Below are positions 1 through 10,015 of a DNA stretch of 64,000 nucleotides, in pieces. The stretch spans positions 192,001-256,000 of the forward strand of contig CAVYNY010000020.1 in NCBI GenBank assembly GCA_963769935.1, given 5' to 3'. A program made the position numbers and the translations under genes. The stretch comes from an uncultured delta proteobacterium. Lineage in GTDB: Bacteria > Desulfobacterota > Desulfobacteria > Desulfobacterales > JAFDCJ01. The number at the start of each line of letters is the position of its first letter. The first letter of the stretch is position 1. Below the pieces are notes generated by a model. It was not told where the DNA came from and did no database searches. It saw only the letters and a program-made list of their open reading frames with translations.

Positions 1-137
1 AAACCTGGAAGTCCCAGGGGGCTGCGAGCATGGAGCAGCGGGCCAAGGCAAAAGTTAAACATATCCTGGAAAATCATCGCCCGCAGCCGCTGCCGGTGGA
101 GGTGGACGCAGAAATCGATAAAATACTGGGTAGATGA
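1..137 (+). CDS. MttB-family methyltransferase, C-terminal end (5' partial)
   Basis: Frame 3 reads TWKSQGAASMEQRAKAKVKHILENHRPQPLPVEVDAEIDKILGR*, matching the C-termini of the three full MttB homologs in this window. Confidence 0.8.
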   Translation, partial: TWKSQGAASMEQRAKAKVKHILENHRPQPLPVEVDAEIDKILGR

Positions 138-206
138 TCAACCGAAATTTCAGGCAATTTAGGTATTTTGTAATTTTTCTGCATTTTTATTCAGGAGGTT
201 TCATAA

Positions 207-1451
207 ATGAGTGCGAAAGATCTTTTTTTCATGCGCGACCCCTGGGTTTATCGTCCGGATGCCCCTAAGACGGAGCGCGAAGATGCCCGGCTGGGCCTTG
301 ATACGCGCTGCCTGCACGCTGGATTTCATCCGATGCAGGATTTGGAGAGTTTCCGTTCCTTTGTACCGCCGATCACCCCTTCCATGACCTATCCCTATGA
401 AACATTTGATAAGATTCCGTGTCCGGTCTACGGCCGCACCCGCACGCCGACCAACTCGCTGCTGGAAGAGCGCCTGGCATCACTGGAAGGCGGCGAGGCC
501 TGTATTACGGCCGGTTCGGGTTCCCAGGCCTTGTTCAACCTGATTTTTACCATTGCGCGGCCGGGGGACAACGTGGTCACCTCCCTGAATATATTCGGCG
601 AAGGCTATAAGCAGGCGGCCACTGTCTTTCCGGAACGCTGCCGGGTCGAGTTTCGTTTCGTGCAAAATCCGGCCGATCTCAAATCCTGGGAATCCCACAT
701 CGATCAGCGGACCAAGCTGGTCTGGATCGAAACCCCCAGCAATCCTTGTCTATTTATCACCGACATCGCCGGGGTGGCTGGCGTCGCGCATGCCTGCGGC
801 GTCCCGCTGCTGGTTGACAACACCACGGCCACCGCTGCTTTGCAGCAGCCGATGGCCCTGGGAGCGGACATCATATTGCTGTCGATTACCAAGTTTTTAG
901 CCGGCAATGCGACGGTAATCGGCGGCGCCATCATCGGGGAGGAAGCACTGGTGGAAGATATCCGCTGGAATACAACCGAATTTCTGGGCTCCATCATGCC
1001 GCCCCTGGAGGCCTGGATGACGCTGCAGTATCTTGAAACCCTTTCCATGCGCATGCAACGGCACAGCGCCAACTCCCAGGCCGTGGCCGAATTCCTGGCC
1101 GTCCATGCCAAGGTCAAGCAGGTCAACTACCCCGGCCTGCCGGATCACCCCCAGCATGAGCTGGCCCAGCGCCAGATGAAAGCCCACGGCGGACTGATGT
1201 CGTTTGTGGTCTCAGGCGGCATGCCGGCAGCGGCGCAAGTGATGAACGCCTTGAAGCTTATCGTGCACGCCGTCACCTTCGGCACCAGCCGCACCATCTG
1301 CATGCACCCGGCGACCATCACCCATGAACACATGACCCCCGCCGAGCGCCAAGCGGCCGGCATCGACGACGGCCTGATCCGGCTTTCGGTCGGCCTGGAA
1401 AATCCCGAGGATATCATTGCGGATCTGGATCAGGCCCTGACGAGGCTTTGA
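207..1451 (+). CDS. PLP-dependent Cys/Met trans-sulfuration family enzyme (methionine gamma-lyase / cystathionine gamma-synthase-like)
   Basis: YGR..PT, LEERLASLEG, ETPSNP, VDNT, SITK (PLP lysine), GLIRLSVGLE motifs; RBS aggagg. Confidence 0.88.
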   Translation: MSAKDLFFMRDPWVYRPDAPKTEREDARLGLDTRCLHAGFHPMQDLESFRSFVPPITPSMTYPYETFDKIPCPVYGRTRTPTNSLLEERLASLEGGEACITAGSGSQALFNLIFTIARPGDNVVTSLNIFGEGYKQAATVFPERCRVEFRFVQNPADLKSWESHIDQRTKLVWIETPSNPCLFITDIAGVAGVAHACGVPLLVDNTTATAALQQPMALGADIILLSITKFLAGNATVIGGAIIGEEALVEDIRWNTTEFLGSIMPPLEAWMTLQYLETLSMRMQRHSANSQAVAEFLAVHAKVKQVNYPGLPDHPQHELAQRQMKAHGGLMSFVVSGGMPAAAQVMNALKLIVHAVTFGTSRTICMHPATITHEHMTPAERQAAGIDDGLIRLSVGLENPEDIIADLDQALTRL

Positions 1452-1833
1452 CCCCCAAGGATTTAGAGACAAGCAAAGAATCCTGGCCCAAAGGACCAGG
1501 TTTTCAATGTTGGAATACAACCGCTGCCCGGACAGAAACCGGATTATCCTTGACACAACCCAAAGAAATAGTTTAAGCCATCTAGGCCAGGGGGTTGCGG
1601 CTACCAAGAACTTGGTGGCGCAACCCATCTGTATTATTAACCTTTTCAGTGCAGCCGGCGTTATTTTTGAGATAAAACCAAAATTCCAGTGCTCCCAAGG
1701 CGATGCACTGCCGAATTTTCCTTTTCTGACACCTTCACGCGAAGGTTTCTAAACCACCAATAGATGGGTGCCGCCTGCGACGGTTTAGGGAGGCATTTCT
1801 TTTGAACCCAGGGGAAAAAAGGAGGAAGTCAAC

Positions 1834-3480
1834 ATGAAGGAACACGAAAAAATTCATTCCGCAGTCAATGAACTCAAAGACGACCTGGACAAGGGTAAAA
1901 TCTCCCGGCGCGATTTTTTGCGCTATGCAACTTTGTTGGGCGTCTCCGCGACAGCCGCCGGCCAGCTGGCCGGGATGGTCTGGCCCCAGAAGGCTTTTGC
2001 CGCTGTAAAGCGGGGTGGAACCATTAAAGTGTCCTCGCCGGTTCACAAAGTGACCCATCCGGCCCAGTTCTCCTGGATCTCGCCCAGCAACCAGCTGCGT
2101 CAAGTGGCGGAATATTTGACCTTCACCGATGCCGATAATATTACCCACCCGTATCTGCTCGAAAACTGGCAGGCCAGCGATGATCTAAAAACCTGGACCC
2201 TGAATCTTCGTAAGGGAATCAAATTCAACAATGGTGACGAATTCGTCGCCGACGATGTGATTTTTACCATGGGCCAGTGGCTGAACAAGGATGTGGGATC
2301 GTCCATGCTCGGTTTGCTGGGGGCTTATCTGGAACCTACCGGAATCGAAAAAACTTCCGCTTATCAGGTGACGCTGCACCTCAAAGCGGCGGAAATTGCA
2401 GTCCCCGAACATCTGTTCCACTACCCGGCCATGATTCTGAACCACCGTACGTTTGAGGGCGATTTCATTAAAAGGCCCCACGGTACCGGTCCTTATACCC
2501 TTGAAGTTTATAAAGAGGGGGAGCGCTGTGTCCTAAAAAGGCGCAACGACTACTGGAAGAAGGGGGCGGACGGAAAGCTCTTGCCGTACATGGATGGTGC
2601 TGAATTTATTGATATGGGAACTGAAATGCCTCCCCAGATCGCGGCCCTGCAGGCCGGCGAGATCGACCTGATCGACTTCGGCGATATCGGCGGCACGGAG
2701 GCCTTTGCAGCCTTGAAAAATGACAAACGGGTCAATATTTACCCGGCGACAACCAACCAAACCCGGGTTCTGCGGATGCGGGTAGACATGAAACCCTGGT
2801 CCGACAACAACGTGCGCACCGCCCTCAAGCTGTGTCAGCACCGCGAAAAAATTCTGGCGTTGGCCTACTTCGGGGAGGGGCTTGTGGGACAGGATGTCCA
2901 TGTCAGCCCCAAGCATCCGGATTACTGTCCGATTGGTACGCCTCCCTTTGATCCGCAGCGCGCCAAGCAGCTGCTGAAGGATGCCGGTTACAGCAATGGC
3001 CTGGATGTCAACCTGGCGGTGGGCAGCGGCTGGAAGGAAATTGTACGCTACGCCGAAATCCTCAAGCAGGATGCGGCGCCGGCAGGCTTCAGGATCAATA
3101 TCCAGACCATGCCCAACAGCCAGTACTGGGAAAAATGGACCGAAGTGGACCTGGGAATTACGACCTGGGCCCACCGTCCGATTGGAACCATGGTGCTGAA
3201 TCTGGCCTACGTCGGCGACGACACCGGAAAACCCGTGCCCTGGAATGAAACCCGCTGGGTCGATGCGGAGTTTTCCAAATTGCTCAAAGAAGCCAACGGC
3301 ACCCTGGATCTTGAAAAGCGCCGCAAGATATTCTGTAAACTCGAAAATATCCAACAAAGCAGGGGCTCGATTGGGATTGCTTTCTGGATCAATGTCTGGA
3401 ACATGACCACCAAGCGCGTCCAGGATATCAAAGCCCACCCAAGCCTCTATTTGATGTTCGACAAGGTATGGCTCACCTAA
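1834..3480 (+). CDS. ABC transporter substrate-binding protein, family 5 (Opp/Dpp-like), Tat signal
   Basis: SRRDFL twin-arginine motif; LRKGIKFNNG and GTGPY motifs; RBS aggagg. Confidence 0.92.
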   Translation: MKEHEKIHSAVNELKDDLDKGKISRRDFLRYATLLGVSATAAGQLAGMVWPQKAFAAVKRGGTIKVSSPVHKVTHPAQFSWISPSNQLRQVAEYLTFTDADNITHPYLLENWQASDDLKTWTLNLRKGIKFNNGDEFVADDVIFTMGQWLNKDVGSSMLGLLGAYLEPTGIEKTSAYQVTLHLKAAEIAVPEHLFHYPAMILNHRTFEGDFIKRPHGTGPYTLEVYKEGERCVLKRRNDYWKKGADGKLLPYMDGAEFIDMGTEMPPQIAALQAGEIDLIDFGDIGGTEAFAALKNDKRVNIYPATTNQTRVLRMRVDMKPWSDNNVRTALKLCQHREKILALAYFGEGLVGQDVHVSPKHPDYCPIGTPPFDPQRAKQLLKDAGYSNGLDVNLAVGSGWKEIVRYAEILKQDAAPAGFRINIQTMPNSQYWEKWTEVDLGITTWAHRPIGTMVLNLAYVGDDTGKPVPWNETRWVDAEFSKLLKEANGTLDLEKRRKIFCKLENIQQSRGSIGIAFWINVWNMTTKRVQDIKAHPSLYLMFDKVWLT

Positions 3481-3496
3481 GTCATAATTATTACCG

Positions 3497-3538
3497 GAGC
3501 AGGCCTCGCCTGAATTTAAATTCAGGCGAGGCCTGCTC
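3497..3538. terminator. Perfect 42-bp palindrome after the SBP gene (stem-loop: mRNA stabiliser or partial terminator)
   Basis: gagcaggcctcgcctgaatttaaattcaggcgaggcctgctc is its own reverse complement; no U-tract directly after it. Confidence 0.6.
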
Positions 3539-3571
3539 ATCGCGACCCCTTTTTCTGCAAAGATTCAATTT

Positions 3572-4639
3572 ATGAAGGGACATGGTGAACATCTGGAGGC
3601 AATTTGCCGCCGCTTTAATATTCCTGATTTTCTTACGCCCTGGCTCGACCGGTTTTTCGAACCGGCCGAAATGACCCTCATCCGGATTTTATCTGAAAAA
3701 CCTTTACGCCCAGCATCCCTGGCCGGCCGGATGGCCGACAGGCCCATCGAGATTTTTCTGGACAGAGCCTACCGGCGGGGGATCATCAACCGCCTGCCGG
3801 ACGGCCGGATCGATATAACAGACTTTCATGTGCGCTTTGAAATCTGGGCCCTTTTTGAAGGGTGGCAGGACATTCCCGCAGAGATTCGCCGGCGTCTCAA
3901 CGACTGGGAAATGGCCTTTTACGAAGCGAGCAAACGGGATCAGATTGAATCCCTGAAAAAGGGGACTGCCGGAGCGAATGCGGATATTGCCGAATACATG
4001 CTGCTGACAGAGGCTGAGGATCTGATCGCGCACGCCCCCCGTATTTACCTGTGGCCATGCAACTGCCGCGCCATGATGGGAGAATGCCGCCAACCCTTGT
4101 ATACCTGCCTGCGCTTCAGCAATGACCGCGGATTGGGTTGGGAAATCTCAGCCGGTCGCGCCCGAGAAATTATCCATGACGCCAACCGCAAGGGACTGAT
4201 GCAGGTCGGTGAAGTTTCAACAACACCTGACGGCAGGTTTACCGGCGCGATATGCAACTGCTGCACGCACTGCTGTTATCCCCATCGCTTATCAAAGCGC
4301 TTGGGCTCTGAGAAGATCTGGCCGACCAGCCGTTATGTAGCCCAGCATCTGGTCGAACTCTGCTCCTGCTGCGGCAAATGCGTTGCCCGCTGCCCATTCC
4401 AGGCCTTTCAATTTCAAAAATCATCTCCGAACCGCAGCCGGGACCGCAAACGTGCTATCGTTTTTAATCCGGACGCCTGCCGTGGGTGCGGCCTCTGCCA
4501 GACCGGCTGCCCGGAGCAGGCCATCCGGATGATTCCACTGGACGCTGAAAATTGCAAACCCTTGTCCGTCCGCTTGGGTGCGGTCCAACAGACTTTCCAA
4601 CAACCCGGGTTCGCTTCCACCCCAACCCTGCACCGTTAA
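3572..4639 (+). CDS. 4Fe-4S dicluster-binding protein
   Basis: CSCCGKCVARCP and CRGCGLCQTGCP ferredoxin motifs, plus CNCR..C and ICNCCTHCC. Confidence 0.88.
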   Translation: MKGHGEHLEAICRRFNIPDFLTPWLDRFFEPAEMTLIRILSEKPLRPASLAGRMADRPIEIFLDRAYRRGIINRLPDGRIDITDFHVRFEIWALFEGWQDIPAEIRRRLNDWEMAFYEASKRDQIESLKKGTAGANADIAEYMLLTEAEDLIAHAPRIYLWPCNCRAMMGECRQPLYTCLRFSNDRGLGWEISAGRAREIIHDANRKGLMQVGEVSTTPDGRFTGAICNCCTHCCYPHRLSKRLGSEKIWPTSRYVAQHLVELCSCCGKCVARCPFQAFQFQKSSPNRSRDRKRAIVFNPDACRGCGLCQTGCPEQAIRMIPLDAENCKPLSVRLGAVQQTFQQPGFASTPTLHR

Positions 4640-4710
4640 GGGGGCGGACCCAGGCGGAACTAAAATGGGGATGGGCTAACGCCGCTGGCCGGTTCAAAAG
4701 GTTGTCGAAA

Positions 4711-6009
4711 ATGGCAAAATTTATTTTAAGACGTTTTTTTCTGTTGCTGCTGACGATGTTTCTGGTGTCGATTGCCGTTTTCCTGATCACGGAATCTTCC
4801 CCGGGTAATGTGGCCAAAAACGTCCTGGGTGCCTTTATTACGCCCGAGCAGGAGGCCTCCTTTCTGGCTCAAGTGGGCCTGGATAAACCGATACTGACGC
4901 GCTACATTTACTGGCTTATCGGCAGCGACTGGCAGGCAGCGCACAAAATCGGCCTGCCGTTGCAGCGCATAACCACCCCGAAGGGTTTTCAGGAATGGTG
5001 GGCCGTCCGGCCGGACGGCAAGTTGGTTCGCTGGGAGCTTGAAGGCGAAAACCTCAAAGCCTTTGTGCGCAGCCCTGACGGTCGCATCAGCGAGCAGCTC
5101 GACAATGACCGTTGGACCGTCGGCCAAAAAGGCGTCAGCACCTTCTGGGGGGTCGACCGCCAGAATCACGCCGTACTCTGGGAAAAAGGCTCCGATCAAA
5201 AAGTGTGGACATTTGTGGTCGGAACCGGCTGGATGGAGTCCACCGGCGGGCCCATATCCTATATCCCGTTAAAAAAGGGCTTTATTCGGGGCGATCCGGG
5301 TGTTTCGCTGCGCACCGGGCGCCCGGTAGGCAACAGTTTGTTTGTACGATTGCGAAATTCCCTGGTGCTGGCCGGCATCGCCTTTGTGATCGTGATGCCG
5401 CTGGCTCTGCTTCTCGGGATCATTGCCGGTCTAAAAGAAGGCTCGCTGAAGGATCGTTTCCTTTCAATCTCAGGGATGATGTTTTCGGTGATACCCGAGT
5501 TTGCCACCGGTATTTTTCTGATTTTGATTGTGGCCGTGTGGTGGGGCCTGGTACCCGGCGCCACGGTATTCGGCGAAAAAGCGCCCTGGGAAAGACCGGA
5601 CATGCTCATTTTGCCGGTACTGACGCTGACCCTCATCGAGCTGGGCTATGTGCTGCGAATTACCCGGGCCAGCATGGTCGAGGTTATGCGCGCACCGTTT
5701 ATTCGCACGGCTTTTCTCAAAGGCCTGCCGTATTGGCGCATCGTCTTCAAGCATGCCTTACGCAACGCGCTGATGGCGCCGATCACGGTCATCATGCTCC
5801 ATATCAACTGGCTGATGGGAGGAATTGTGATTGTGGAAGTCGTGTTCGGCTATCCCGGCCTGGGGCAATATTTGCTGGACTCGGCCCTGTATAAGGATAT
5901 CAACGCACTGGAGGCGGGCGCCATGATACTGGTCACGGTGGCGGTCGGCACCCAGCTGTTCGCCGATATCATATACACGTTTTTAAATCCCAGGATACGC
6001 TACGGTTAA
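4711..6009 (+). CDS. ABC permease, OppB/DppB-like, with large extracytoplasmic insertion
   Basis: MAKFILRR start; EAA-like loop FIRTAFLKGL; EVVFGYPGLG; LNPRIRYG end. Confidence 0.9.
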   Translation: MAKFILRRFFLLLLTMFLVSIAVFLITESSPGNVAKNVLGAFITPEQEASFLAQVGLDKPILTRYIYWLIGSDWQAAHKIGLPLQRITTPKGFQEWWAVRPDGKLVRWELEGENLKAFVRSPDGRISEQLDNDRWTVGQKGVSTFWGVDRQNHAVLWEKGSDQKVWTFVVGTGWMESTGGPISYIPLKKGFIRGDPGVSLRTGRPVGNSLFVRLRNSLVLAGIAFVIVMPLALLLGIIAGLKEGSLKDRFLSISGMMFSVIPEFATGIFLILIVAVWWGLVPGATVFGEKAPWERPDMLILPVLTLTLIELGYVLRITRASMVEVMRAPFIRTAFLKGLPYWRIVFKHALRNALMAPITVIMLHINWLMGGIVIVEVVFGYPGLGQYLLDSALYKDINALEAGAMILVTVAVGTQLFADIIYTFLNPRIRYG

Positions 6010-6061
6010 AGCGGCCGACGGTGCCACGCAACGAATTTTTGAAATATCATCCGGAGAGTTT

Positions 6062-6994
6062 ATGACAGCCTCTGAAGAAGCCATGGATACGGCCGAAGTA
6101 TCGCAACCCGGCAGCTTTCCTAAACGCATGTGGGGCGGTATCTCCATTATTTTCTCCTCCAAAGTGGCGCTGGTCGGTTTTGCGCTGGTCTTTTTTTGGA
6201 TGTTCACGGCGGTTTTTGCACCCTTTCTGACCCGATACACCCCGGTTGAGCAGGACTGGAAAGCACCCAATGAAGGGCCATCCCAAGCGCATATCCTTGG
6301 TACCGATGAGCTGGGACGGGATCTATGGTCCCGGTTGATATACGGTGCCCGGGTCGTCCTGATCGTCCTGCCGATTACGGAAAAATACTGGCTGCCTGGC
6401 GGCACGGCGATCTGGGGGGTTCTGGCAGCCCTTCTGGTGGGAATGGCCTTCGGACTGGTGGCCGGTTTCTATGGCGGGTGGATTGATGAAATCGTGATGC
6501 GTCTTTTAGACGCCATGATGGCGGTGCCCATCATCCTGCTTTATTTAATTATCATGGCCGCCCTGGGGGCATCCGCCTTGAATGTGGTCATCGCCATTAC
6601 CATCGTGGGCACCCCCGGGATTGCCCGTCTGGTGCGCAGTTTGACGCTGGATATCCGCACCCGGGAATACATCCGGGCAGCCGAGACCCGGGGTGAGAAT
6701 CCATGGCACATCATGTTCGTTGAAATCCTGCCCAACGCACGCGGTCCGATTATCGTCGATGCCATGCTGCGCGTTGGTTATGCCATATTCGCCATGGGAA
6801 CCCTGGGTTTTCTCGGTCTGGGGCTGCCGCCGCCGTCCCCCGACTGGGGCAGCATGGTAGCCAAGGGCCGGGAGTTCATCCTGTCGGGCAGCCCCTGGGC
6901 CGCCCTGTGGCCGTCGCTGGCGATTGCCTCACTGGTGGTCGGGCTTAACTTGTTGGCCGATGGGTTGCGGGAAGAAACGATGCGCTATCAGTAA
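6062..6994 (+). CDS. ABC permease, OppC/DppC-like
   Basis: HILGTDELGRD, EYIRAA, LGFLGLG..PPSPDWG. Confidence 0.93.
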   Translation: MTASEEAMDTAEVSQPGSFPKRMWGGISIIFSSKVALVGFALVFFWMFTAVFAPFLTRYTPVEQDWKAPNEGPSQAHILGTDELGRDLWSRLIYGARVVLIVLPITEKYWLPGGTAIWGVLAALLVGMAFGLVAGFYGGWIDEIVMRLLDAMMAVPIILLYLIIMAALGASALNVVIAITIVGTPGIARLVRSLTLDIRTREYIRAAETRGENPWHIMFVEILPNARGPIIVDAMLRVGYAIFAMGTLGFLGLGLPPPSPDWGSMVAKGREFILSGSPWAALWPSLAIASLVVGLNLLADGLREETMRYQ

Positions 6995-7069
6995 TTTCGG
7001 CGGTCGGCGGCCGGGGATGATTTTTTTGGAAGATCCGCCGGCACAGCCAAATGGAAGGAGTTTAACTTG

Positions 7070-9196
7070 ATGGGTTCTGAAACAGTGGTCGAGGTCGAAA
7101 ACCTTTCCATTGCCTATGACACCCGCAGAGGTGAGGTCGAAGCGGTGCGGGATGTCTCCTTTGTGGTCAAGGAAGGCGAAACGGTCGGCCTGGTGGGAGA
7201 ATCCGGCTGCGGCAAAAGTACCATCGCCTATGGAATGGTCAACTTTCTGGGACCCAACGGCAAGATTACCCATGGCCAGATCCGCTTTCAGGGGCAAGAG
7301 CTTGTCGGTCGCTCCCAGGCGGAACTTAAAAAGCTCCGAGGCAACCGGATTGCCATGGTGTTTCAGGATCCCATGCAGGCCCTGAACCCCTCCCTCAAAC
7401 TGGGTGCGCAGCTGGCCGAAGTACTGACCTGTCACCAGGCCGTAACCTGGGAAGAAGCTTGGCAGCGCTCGATTGAGATGTTGCAGCGGGTGAACATGCC
7501 CGATCCCCAGGAGGTCATGAACCGCTACACCCATCAGATCTCCGGCGGACAGCAGCAGCGGGTGGTCATCGCCATGGCGATGCTCAACAATCCGGCCCTG
7601 CTGATCATGGATGAACCCACCACGGCCTTGGACGTGACCGTGGAAGCTGCCGTGCTGGATTTGATCGAGGAACTCAAGGCGGATTTTCGGGCGGCCAATA
7701 TTTTTATTACCCACAACCTGGGCGTGGTCGCCCGGGTCAGCGATCAACTTTGCGTGATGTATGCCGGCCAGATGGTGGAAAAGGGCCCCGTCTCAGAGAT
7801 TTTCCGCAACCCCAGTCATCCTTATACCATCGGGCTCTTAGGCTCCGTACCGCGCCTGGGACAGGACAAGTCCGGATCGGTCCTCGAGCCCATTCGCGGG
7901 CGCGTGCCGCCGCCGGCGAGACGACCAAAAGACGAGTGTATATTTGCGCCGCGCTGTGACTACGCCACCGACACATGCCGCCAGGGGATGCCTCCCTTTG
8001 TGGCGGTCAGCCCCCAGCATACCGCACGCTGTATTTACGCCCTCGAAATTGATTCCCGCCAGCGCACCCGGAAGCGGCCCCAAGCATTGAAACCATCGGC
8101 CAGGACTCAAGATTCGCAGCAAGACCTGCTCAAGTTTGAACATCTCAAGGTCTATTATCCCCAGGAATCCAACTCGGTTGCCAGTCTTTTTGGCATGGGT
8201 GAAAAGAAATATGTCAAAGCTGTCGATGATGTCAGTGTCGGAGTGGCCAAAGGCCGAACCCTTGGGGTGGTGGGTGAATCAGGCTGCGGTAAATCATCCC
8301 TCGTCAAGGGGTTGATCGGTCTGGAGCCGATAACCGGCGGCGACGTGCATTTTATGGGTATCGACAACACCATGCCGGTAACACAGCGCGATACCAACCT
8401 CATTAAAGAAATGCAGATGGTCTTCCAGAACCCCGATTCCACCCTCAACCCCTCTTATACGGTCGGCTCCCAGATCGCCCGGCCCATTCGGCGCTTCAAG
8501 ATCGTACCCAGAAATCAGGTCAGGGACGAAGTAATCAGACTTCTCAAGGCGGTGCGTCTTTCGCCGACCTTCTACGATCGACTTCCCCGCCAACTCAGCG
8601 GGGGTGAAAAACAGCGGATCGGGATTGCCCGCGCATTGGCCTGTCGTCCCGATTTGATCATCTGTGATGAGCCGGTTTCGGCCCTGGATGTTTCGGTTCA
8701 GGCCGCGATCATCAATCTTTTGCTGGAAATTCAACAGATGTTCGGCTCTTCCATGATTTTTATCGCTCATGACCTGAGCGTGGTGCGTTTTTTCTCGGAC
8801 GATATCGCGGTTATGTATCTGGGACAGATTGTGGAAATCGGTCCGGCCGATGCCATCTATATGCCACCGTATCATCCTTACACCGAAGCACTGCTTTCGG
8901 CGGTTCCCATCCCGGATCCGGATGTCAGGCAAAAAGAGCTTCGTCTCAGCGGCAACGTGCCCAGCGCCCTTAATCCGCCCGCGGGATGCCGCTTTCATAC
9001 CCGCTGTCCGCGGCGCCGGTCAATGCTCCCGGACGGCGGCAAAATCTGTGAAACCGAAATTCCACCCTGGCGCACACGGGATAGAAATCATCGGATATTT
9101 TGCCATATTCCGCTGGAGGAGTTATGCAAGATCGACCCGGTTGTAAAAGTAAAAAGAGCCGACGGTGACTATAGCCGTGTTCCAAATGAGATTTAG
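7070..9196 (+). CDS. ABC ATP-binding protein with fused OppD-OppF domains
   Basis: Two GESGCGKS Walker A motifs, SGG signatures, two Cys-containing HPY C-terminal domains. Confidence 0.93.
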   Translation: MGSETVVEVENLSIAYDTRRGEVEAVRDVSFVVKEGETVGLVGESGCGKSTIAYGMVNFLGPNGKITHGQIRFQGQELVGRSQAELKKLRGNRIAMVFQDPMQALNPSLKLGAQLAEVLTCHQAVTWEEAWQRSIEMLQRVNMPDPQEVMNRYTHQISGGQQQRVVIAMAMLNNPALLIMDEPTTALDVTVEAAVLDLIEELKADFRAANIFITHNLGVVARVSDQLCVMYAGQMVEKGPVSEIFRNPSHPYTIGLLGSVPRLGQDKSGSVLEPIRGRVPPPARRPKDECIFAPRCDYATDTCRQGMPPFVAVSPQHTARCIYALEIDSRQRTRKRPQALKPSARTQDSQQDLLKFEHLKVYYPQESNSVASLFGMGEKKYVKAVDDVSVGVAKGRTLGVVGESGCGKSSLVKGLIGLEPITGGDVHFMGIDNTMPVTQRDTNLIKEMQMVFQNPDSTLNPSYTVGSQIARPIRRFKIVPRNQVRDEVIRLLKAVRLSPTFYDRLPRQLSGGEKQRIGIARALACRPDLIICDEPVSALDVSVQAAIINLLLEIQQMFGSSMIFIAHDLSVVRFFSDDIAVMYLGQIVEIGPADAIYMPPYHPYTEALLSAVPIPDPDVRQKELRLSGNVPSALNPPAGCRFHTRCPRRRSMLPDGGKICETEIPPWRTRDRNHRIFCHIPLEELCKIDPVVKVKRADGDYSRVPNEI

Positions 9197-9207
9197 AAAA
9201 CTCGGAT

Positions 9208-9434
9208 AAATCCCAAATTCAAAAGCTCAAATCCGAAACAGTCTCCAAAATTCGATGACTTAATCCGATCCGCTTGTCTCTGACTTTCAACATTCGCTCT
9301 GAGTTCAAATCAAGGAAACACACCCTCGGCCTAAGCTCGGGTCGAATGCTTGCGATAGGCCAAAACTTGTTTGGAGCATTGGTGCTTTGAATTTGGATTT
9401 TGTTTGTTATTTGTGATTTGGAGCTTGTAATTTT
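9208..9434. repeat. Inverted-arm element, family A (CAAAT-rich heptamer arms), copy 1
   Basis: Left arm aaatcccaaattcaaaagctcaaatcc..., right arm ...tttgtttgttatttgtgatttggagcttgtaattt; homologous to 10016 and 37120. Confidence 0.7.
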
Positions 9435-9515
9435 CTATTTTCAAAGATTCTGGTTAGATATCCTGTTCTACTTGTTTTATTTCATTCCCGGGACGCCGCA
9501 CCAGAATCGAACCCA

Positions 9516-9908
9516 TCAAGTAACCGTGATAACCGGGCAGGGAGCGCTCAGGATGACAAACTGAGCATTGGAACCGAACACCAATTTGCCGACTTTCGAC
9601 CTTTTTTTCACTCCGATAACGATTTCGTCAATGTTGTTGTCCTGCGCAAACTCAACCAGATATTCCCCGGGGCTGAGAAAGCTGACCGATGCGCTGGTTT
9701 CGCAAACAAGATCATTGATGTTATGGGTTCTTTTTAATTTCTCCAGTTTGTCTTCGGCCGCTTCGATATCATCTTTTTGCAGCTGGGGGCTTTGTTCCAG
9801 GACGGTAACGATAAATAAATCGGCATTAAAAGCTCTGGCTTGTTGCAAGGCGACCTGCAAAGCTTCCTCAGCTACCTTGGATTCTTCATAACCCACTAAA
9901 ATCTTCAT
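9516..9908 (-). CDS. Universal stress protein (Usp family)
   Basis: MKILVG start; IVIG...GKLVFGSNAQFVILSAPCPVI. Confidence 0.93.
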   Translation of the reverse strand: MKILVGYEESKVAEEALQVALQQARAFNADLFIVTVLEQSPQLQKDDIEAAEDKLEKLKRTHNINDLVCETSASVSFLSPGEYLVEFAQDNNIDEIVIGVKKRSKVGKLVFGSNAQFVILSAPCPVITVT

Positions 9909-10015
9909 TTTGACCTCCCTTGCCTATATAATGAAACCTATCGAAATTAAGGTGGCTGTCGTGTCAAATCGCCTGAAGCTAAAAAATTAGGAGCAATGCA
10001 TAGCCGGCAGAGTAT

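Noticed and set aside
1550..1630. Possible riboswitch in the SBP leader (hairpin gggttgcg...cgcaaccc)
   Set aside because: A single hairpin with no recognisable aptamer motif; an Rfam search would be needed
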